DNA of 64,000 nucleotides from Perkinsus chesapeaki ATCC PRA-425 (Eukaryota; Protista; Perkinsozoa): NCBI GenBank assembly GCA_013115145.1, contig JAAPAO010000089.1, positions 21,576 to 85,575 of the forward strand, read 5' to 3'. Shown piece by piece: positions 62,220 to 64,000 of this stretch (position 1 is its first letter; each line of letters starts with the position of its first letter). The notes under the pieces were generated by a model. It saw only the letters and a program-made list of their open reading frames with translations, ran no database searches and was not told where the DNA came from. The position numbers and the translations under genes were made by a program.

Positions 62220-63161
62220 ATGTCTTCCTACAAGCCATACGAGGTAGAGCCAACGCTCGTTGAGGAGTATCCCTTGGCCACGACGTGGGCTACGAGCGCC
62301 GGAGTAGCGGCATTCTCGAAAACACTGATCGCTCCAATGGAACGAATTAAATGGCTTCTGACGAACCAAGACCGATTAGCTGATATAAAGTCTGGCAAAA
62401 TCGACCGATACACCGGCGTTTGGGACTGCTTCTCGAGGGTGTGCAAAGAAGAGAGCTTCTCTGCATTGTGGAAGGGCAACATCAGCAGCATCATGCGCTA
62501 CGCATCAAGCCAGGGCTTCAACTTTATGTTTCGCGAAGTGTTCAAGGCGAATCTTCCCGAGTGCGACCCGAAGAAGAACTTATGGTTATACAGCCAGAAT
62601 TGCTTCCTTGCTGGAGCGCTGGCTGGTACTACTTCACTCGCCATTTTCTATCCGATAGACGTCATCAACACCAAGTATTCGACAGATCTCAGTAGAGGTC
62701 GTGACAGAATGTATAAGAACCGGTTGTCATGTCTTAGCCAAACGCTCAAGCGTGGAGGGGCTGCCTCCCTTTATAGCGGATTCGGCAACTCTGTACAAGG
62801 CATCGCTGTCTATCGGGCGTTCTACTTTGGTCTCTATGACACCTTAAAGGGTCGAATTTTTGCAGACGATCGACATGAGAGCGTGTTCTGGAGATGGGTC
62901 ATGGCGCAGTTTTCGACGACTGTTGCGGGAGCGGTATCGTATCCGTTCGACACAGTACGAAGGAAGATGTCAGCGAATGCTCGACAAGCAGCTTTCCAGT
63001 CAGAACAGTTGACTAGCTCATGGCAGTGCTGGAAGTATGTATTCCGAAATGGAGGATTCAAAGGATTTTTCAAAGGATCGTTTTCGACCATCCTCCGTGG
63101 AATTGGCGGTGCTTTGGTTTTGGTGCTCTACGACGAAGTGAAGTTCATGCTTTGCGATTAG
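62220..63161 (+). CDS. AAC: Mitochondrial ADP/ATP carrier-like protein (SLC25), divergent, intronless
   Basis: Three carrier repeats (APMERIK, YPID, YPFDTVRRK), SKT, WKGNISSIMRY, YRAFYFGLYD, GFFKG..ILRGIGGALVLVLYDE. Confidence 0.9.
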   Translation: MSSYKPYEVEPTLVEEYPLATTWATSAGVAAFSKTLIAPMERIKWLLTNQDRLADIKSGKIDRYTGVWDCFSRVCKEESFSALWKGNISSIMRYASSQGFNFMFREVFKANLPECDPKKNLWLYSQNCFLAGALAGTTSLAIFYPIDVINTKYSTDLSRGRDRMYKNRLSCLSQTLKRGGAASLYSGFGNSVQGIAVYRAFYFGLYDTLKGRIFADDRHESVFWRWVMAQFSTTVAGAVSYPFDTVRRKMSANARQAAFQSEQLTSSWQCWKYVFRNGGFKGFFKGSFSTILRGIGGALVLVLYDEVKFMLCD

Positions 63162-63559
63162 TCGTTACTGTTGCCGATGAGATAGAATGGTTGCTGGCTG
63201 CACATGTTGTGATGATCTGTATTGCTTTGTGAGCGTTGATGACATGATAGTAGTGTTTCTGATGATGATTGTGATCGCTTATGGAGTTAACAGTTACCTT
63301 AGGTTACTAACCTACGAAGTGTGTCCCTCCGAGGCGCAAGATTGCTTCGCACTCAGAAAGATAAGTCAGCGGCTGCATTGAGGGCATCACAACTGTCGAT
63401 TGAATGAGAGCCGGGTCTTCGAGAGTTCGGCAAATGCCTAGGACATTTTTTCTTCACTGCTGACCAACTGGGGCTCAACGTGGAACTTTTTGCGGACACC
63501 CAAGCACATCCACAACAAAGCAATGATGGACATCAGGGTGGGATAGAAAGCGATACAGG

Positions 63560-63860
63560 ACAGTTACACATGTAGGGACTCCACTAAGAAGCTTTCGATG
63601 GTGTGTAACTGGAAGATTAACGGAAAGTGTTGAAGGTTAAGTGATGTACTCTCACGGCAGAGTGTAAATCGCCATAAAACAATACACCTTGCGCATCTCA
63701 AGTCGAGATCCTCAACCGGCAATTTCTAGTTAGCCTGGGCGCTACATCTCAGGAGATTGCGCAGCCTCCGGCAATAGCAACCCAAACCCTAATGGTCGAA
63801 GCCGGATACCAGTCGGTTCGCGACTAAACCTGATAATATGAACTTAGGCATCGGAAATTC
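63560..63860 (+). mobile_element. Possible non-LTR RT relic
   Basis: EAFDGV and GATSQEIAQPPAI weakly resemble the RT motifs AFD.V and GxPQGxxLxP. Confidence 0.2.
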
Positions 63861-64000
63861 CGCCTTACACCTGATAGGTAACGCGTCTTCACTCAGCTTT
63901 TGCTGAGAGAAGACCAAATGCTATCTCTTGTTGCTTGACGCTAAGGTTTAGTTTATGCGCGAGCTCCCTGTGCCGGACCAAGTACTATAATAACTCAATA

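Overview
Eukaryotic nuclear DNA with many short GT-AG introns. The gene content suggests an alveolate, most likely Perkinsus-like (inference). The left ~17 kb is an accessory region. It holds a secreted protein with three esterase-like domains, all lacking the catalytic Ser, an S28 peptidase, decayed LINE and Ty3 relics, a dispersed repeat, and three paralogous tiny secreted Cys-rich peptide genes that the ORF track misses. The remainder is gene-dense: MLO-like membrane protein with a degenerate EF-hand tail, mL41, NME7 (tRNA-Arg, two minisatellites, a Ty3 relic and an N-gap in its introns), a WD40 protein, Ubc8, an intronless NRPS-like A-T-ankyrin gene with a glycine-type specificity code, a MYND-PHD (EGLN-like) hydroxylase, a double AAA ATPase, a pepsin-like protease, a multipass membrane protein, ARP1 and a divergent ADP/ATP carrier. 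There are three intact-looking tRNA genes (Ser-GCT, Arg-TCG, Ile-AAT). The strongest unexplained signal is a stereotyped 22-bp scar, S[1-7]+revcomp(S)+S[2-8] for an 8-bp site S. I found 7 perfect copies, 6 one-mismatch copies and several extended variants. It matches hairpin-mediated excision of an 8-bp-TSD (hAT-type) transposon, and one paralog pair shows the scar-free state. Exon boundaries and protein family calls were made by eye, without database searches.
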